Positions 63,234 to 64,000 of a DNA stretch of 64,000 bases are shown in pieces. Position 1 is the first letter of the stretch; the number at the start of each line of letters is the position of its first letter. The notes under the pieces are model-generated. The model had not been told where the DNA came from. It ran no database searches and worked only from the letters and a program-made list of their open reading frames with translations. The stretch is from Salinarimonas sp. (GTDB lineage: Bacteria > Pseudomonadota > Alphaproteobacteria > Rhizobiales > Beijerinckiaceae), in the NCBI RefSeq assembly GCF_040111675.1, contig NZ_CP157794.1, positions 4,694,444 to 4,758,443 on the forward strand. Reading direction: 5' to 3'. Made by a program: the position numbers and the translations under genes.

Positions 63234-64000
63234 ATGCAGATCTTCGACCTGTTCGATTTCACGGGCGAAGCCTACGACCTCAAGTGCCGCCCCTTCGCGC
63301 CGAAGGGCGCCCCCGCGGGCGCCATGGTCTGCGAGGTCGCGCCCGGATCGGTCTCGCGCATCCACAATCACGCGGAGGCCGAGGCCTTCCTCGTGCTGGA
63401 GGGCGCGGGCCACGTCACCGACGGGACCGAGCGCCGGCCCATCGCCGCCGGGCAGGGCGTGCTGTTCCCGCCCTTCGTCAATCACGTGATCGAGAACGCC
63501 GACCCCGACAAGCCGCTGCGGATGATCTCGATCTACTGGATGGGCGACCTCGCCGCCGACGACGCCGCCGCGAAGGCCGGCGCGCCGCGCGACACGCTCG
63601 TCTTCTCGACGCCGCCGACCCCCAACGGCGATCTTCATCTCGGGCATCTCTCCGGGCCCTATCTCGCCGCCGACGTGCTGCGGCGCGCGCTCGCCCAGCG
63701 CGGCGCCGCGGCGCTCCACGTCACCGGGCGCGACGACAACCAGACCTACGTCCTGCTCAAGGCCTCGCGCGAGGGCTCGACGCCGACGGACGTCGCCGAC
63801 CGGTTCGCGCAGGCGATTCGCGGCACGCTCGCCGCCGCCGACATCCCCCTCGACGGCTTCATCGAGCCCGACCGCGACGGCCTCTACGCGGCTTTCGTCG
63901 CCGACCTCGTGGCGCGGCTCTCCGCCAACGGCTTCGTCGAGGCGCGCCGCGCCCCGGTCCTCGTCGACGACGCGGGGCGCGTGGTGCACGAGGCCTATGT
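63234..64000 (+). CDS. cupin domain fused to a methionyl-tRNA-synthetase-like class I catalytic domain (hydrazine synthetase-like); truncated by the window end
   Basis: Not in the ORF track (no stop in the window). ATG 63234 follows GGAGA. Cupin motifs are SRIHNHAEAEAFLVLEG and GVLFPPFVNHVIEN. The class I aaRS core follows: FSTPPTPNGDLHLGHLSGPYLAADV (HLGH at 63636-63647). Confidence 0.85.
   Translation, partial: MQIFDLFDFTGEAYDLKCRPFAPKGAPAGAMVCEVAPGSVSRIHNHAEAEAFLVLEGAGHVTDGTERRPIAAGQGVLFPPFVNHVIENADPDKPLRMISIYWMGDLAADDAAAKAGAPRDTLVFSTPPTPNGDLHLGHLSGPYLAADVLRRALAQRGAAALHVTGRDDNQTYVLLKASREGSTPTDVADRFAQAIRGTLAAADIPLDGFIEPDRDGLYAAFVADLVARLSANGFVEARRAPVLVDDAGRVVHEAY

Noticed and set aside
61884-63989. 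701-aa minus-strand ORF antisense to the FAD oxidase and cupin-MetRS-like genes
   Set aside because: It is a shadow ORF with no motifs. The plus-strand frames show the dinucleotide-binding, cupin and HIGH motifs.
1-64000. CRISPR arrays, IS elements, integrases, prophage or defence-system genes
   Set aside because: I saw no direct-repeat arrays and no transposase, integrase or nuclease-type ORFs. The window looks like core or accessory metabolic chromosome rather than a mobile island.

Overview
Very GC-rich bacterial chromosomal segment (by eye about 70% G+C, not computed). The gene content looks alphaproteobacterial, Rhizobiales/Hyphomicrobiales-like: hemP-hmuTUV/hmuR heme uptake, Bug/TctC tripartite transporters, BMP-type and family-5 ABC importers. 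About 65 coding regions can be supported. Many long ORFs in the supplied track are Arg/Pro/Gly-rich antisense or off-frame shadows of the real genes and were discarded. I saw no rRNA, tRNA, CRISPR array, transposase or integrase. Operons are tightly packed, with many 4-nt ATGA/GTGA stop-start overlaps. Short AT-rich islands mark the intergenic promoter regions. Gene order: RraA-like/nitrilase-like/LysR; a membrane-DUF305 fusion; small secreted proteins; heme uptake (hutX, ABM monooxygenase, hmuR, hemP, hmuTUV); pseudoazurin and a Sel1 protein; an ATP-grasp ORF; tctC/tctBA; an FtsX-type ABC system with a ZnuA-like binding protein; a family-5 ABC importer with a permease-ATPase-ATPase fusion and four unknown coupled genes; an ABC-F protein; codA plus a BMP-type ABC importer; a hydroxyproline cluster (proline-racemase-family variant, aconitase X, 4-Hyp epimerase, DapA-like, GntR); LysR/DUF4242/hydrolase; a cytochrome oxidase cluster. 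The main finding is at 52.6-64.0 kb. A nine-gene translationally coupled operon (two aldolases, RhaM-like, HAD, two SDRs, two ATP-grasp ligases, EamA exporter) is divergently paired with lysine N-hydroxylase, a DAO-like flavoenzyme and a cupin-MetRS-like fusion. That trio is the known hydrazine (N-N bond) forming cassette. The locus therefore looks like an uncharacterised, NRPS/PKS-independent gene cluster for an N-N-containing metabolite, and it is cut by the window end.
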